This document shows positions 63,601-64,000 of a stretch of 64,000 nucleotides of DNA, piece by piece. A model generated the notes under the pieces. The model did not search any database. It was not told the origin of the DNA and saw only the letters and a list, made by a program, of their open reading frames with translations. The DNA comes from Klebsormidium nitens (lineage: Eukaryota > Plantae > Klebsormidiophyceae), in NCBI GenBank assembly GCA_000708835.1, contig DF237032.1, positions 124,001 through 188,000 of the forward strand, in the 5' to 3' direction. The position numbers and the translations under genes were made by a program. Positions within the stretch are counted from its first letter, which is position 1; each line of letters starts with the position of its first letter.

Positions 63601-64000
63601 TTCAACGATTTATCTCAATGCTTATAAATCTTGTATTTGTTATTCCGAAAATCGCGAGGACCAATCGGTCTTTTGCTCTCCTTTCACTGCCTCTGCTTGT
63701 TCAAAAACTCAGCATAACCGGCTCGTTATCCGAGCTTGTTTCACATCAAGAAAGTGTTCTAGTCTAGGATTCTTCGTCCTGTTTCACCTTGAGTTTGAGA
63801 AGCAGATAACGGAAGTCGTATTTCCGTACTTAGAAGCCTACGATGCTCACGGAGTCAACCATTGTTAAGAAGACTCGTAAAACTTTCCTTTGCTGCCTCC
63901 TTTTCTCGCCTTCTACAAACAGTTCCGTTCTCACAGGACGGGGACGCGTTGTGCCATGTGTTTACAAGGATGCACTCATCATCTCTCGCTGATCTGCTGA
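54608..64000 (+). CDS. WDR62/MAPKBP1-like WD40-repeat protein with long disordered C-terminus; 3' end probably outside the window
   Basis: MLRRKSARLEGPSK|LELRQVIGHTASNGNGLAS...AGCVVVVY; ELKGHRYGIACLSFSPPGKHLVSVG; FATGGVKHVKCW; LATCSADGSIRLWNL; LAAGDRNGNLRVYDL; TLDDHSASITAVRF; LYDLDVDP; GHSEVCTGL...LISVSGDSCIFVWQL. Exons continue to at least 63552. Confidence 0.9.
59750..60003 (+). repeat. About 126-bp tandem duplication spanning an intron-exon junction of the WD40 gene
   Basis: cgcag|cgcattggtcaaaagggataccggctcttctcagagggcg... (59791) versus cgcag|cgcattggacaagagggttaccggctcttctcagagggcg... (59917). Confidence 0.9.

Overview
Gene-dense, intron-rich eukaryotic nuclear DNA. Land-plant-like ATG10, OST48, RRP40 and ODR4, a two-TM plant-type HMG-CoA reductase and GC-rich exons suggest a streptophyte alga such as Klebsormidium; this taxon call is inference. 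Hand-assembled spliced models, left to right: unidentified partial minus-strand gene; ATG10(+); OST48(-); ATAD2-like AAA+/bromodomain protein(+); HMGR(-); uncharacterised, probably decayed gene(+); DDX27/DRS1-like DEAD-box helicase(-); exosome subunit RRP40(+); uncharacterised coiled-coil gene with an in-frame stop(+); ODR4(-); a 2OG-Fe(II) dioxygenase of a bacterial/fungal-type family(-); and a WDR62/MAPKBP1-like WD40 protein(+) running off the window. I saw no rRNA, tRNA, CRISPR array or recognisable transposase/RT. The strongest novelty candidate is a 129-nt structured box C/D-like RNA present in two near-identical copies in two introns of the DDX27 gene. Other leads are palindrome-rich intergenic tracts with a recurring GC motif, an in-frame duplicated splice acceptor and three GC-AG introns. 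Exon boundaries were read by eye and may be off by a few nt.
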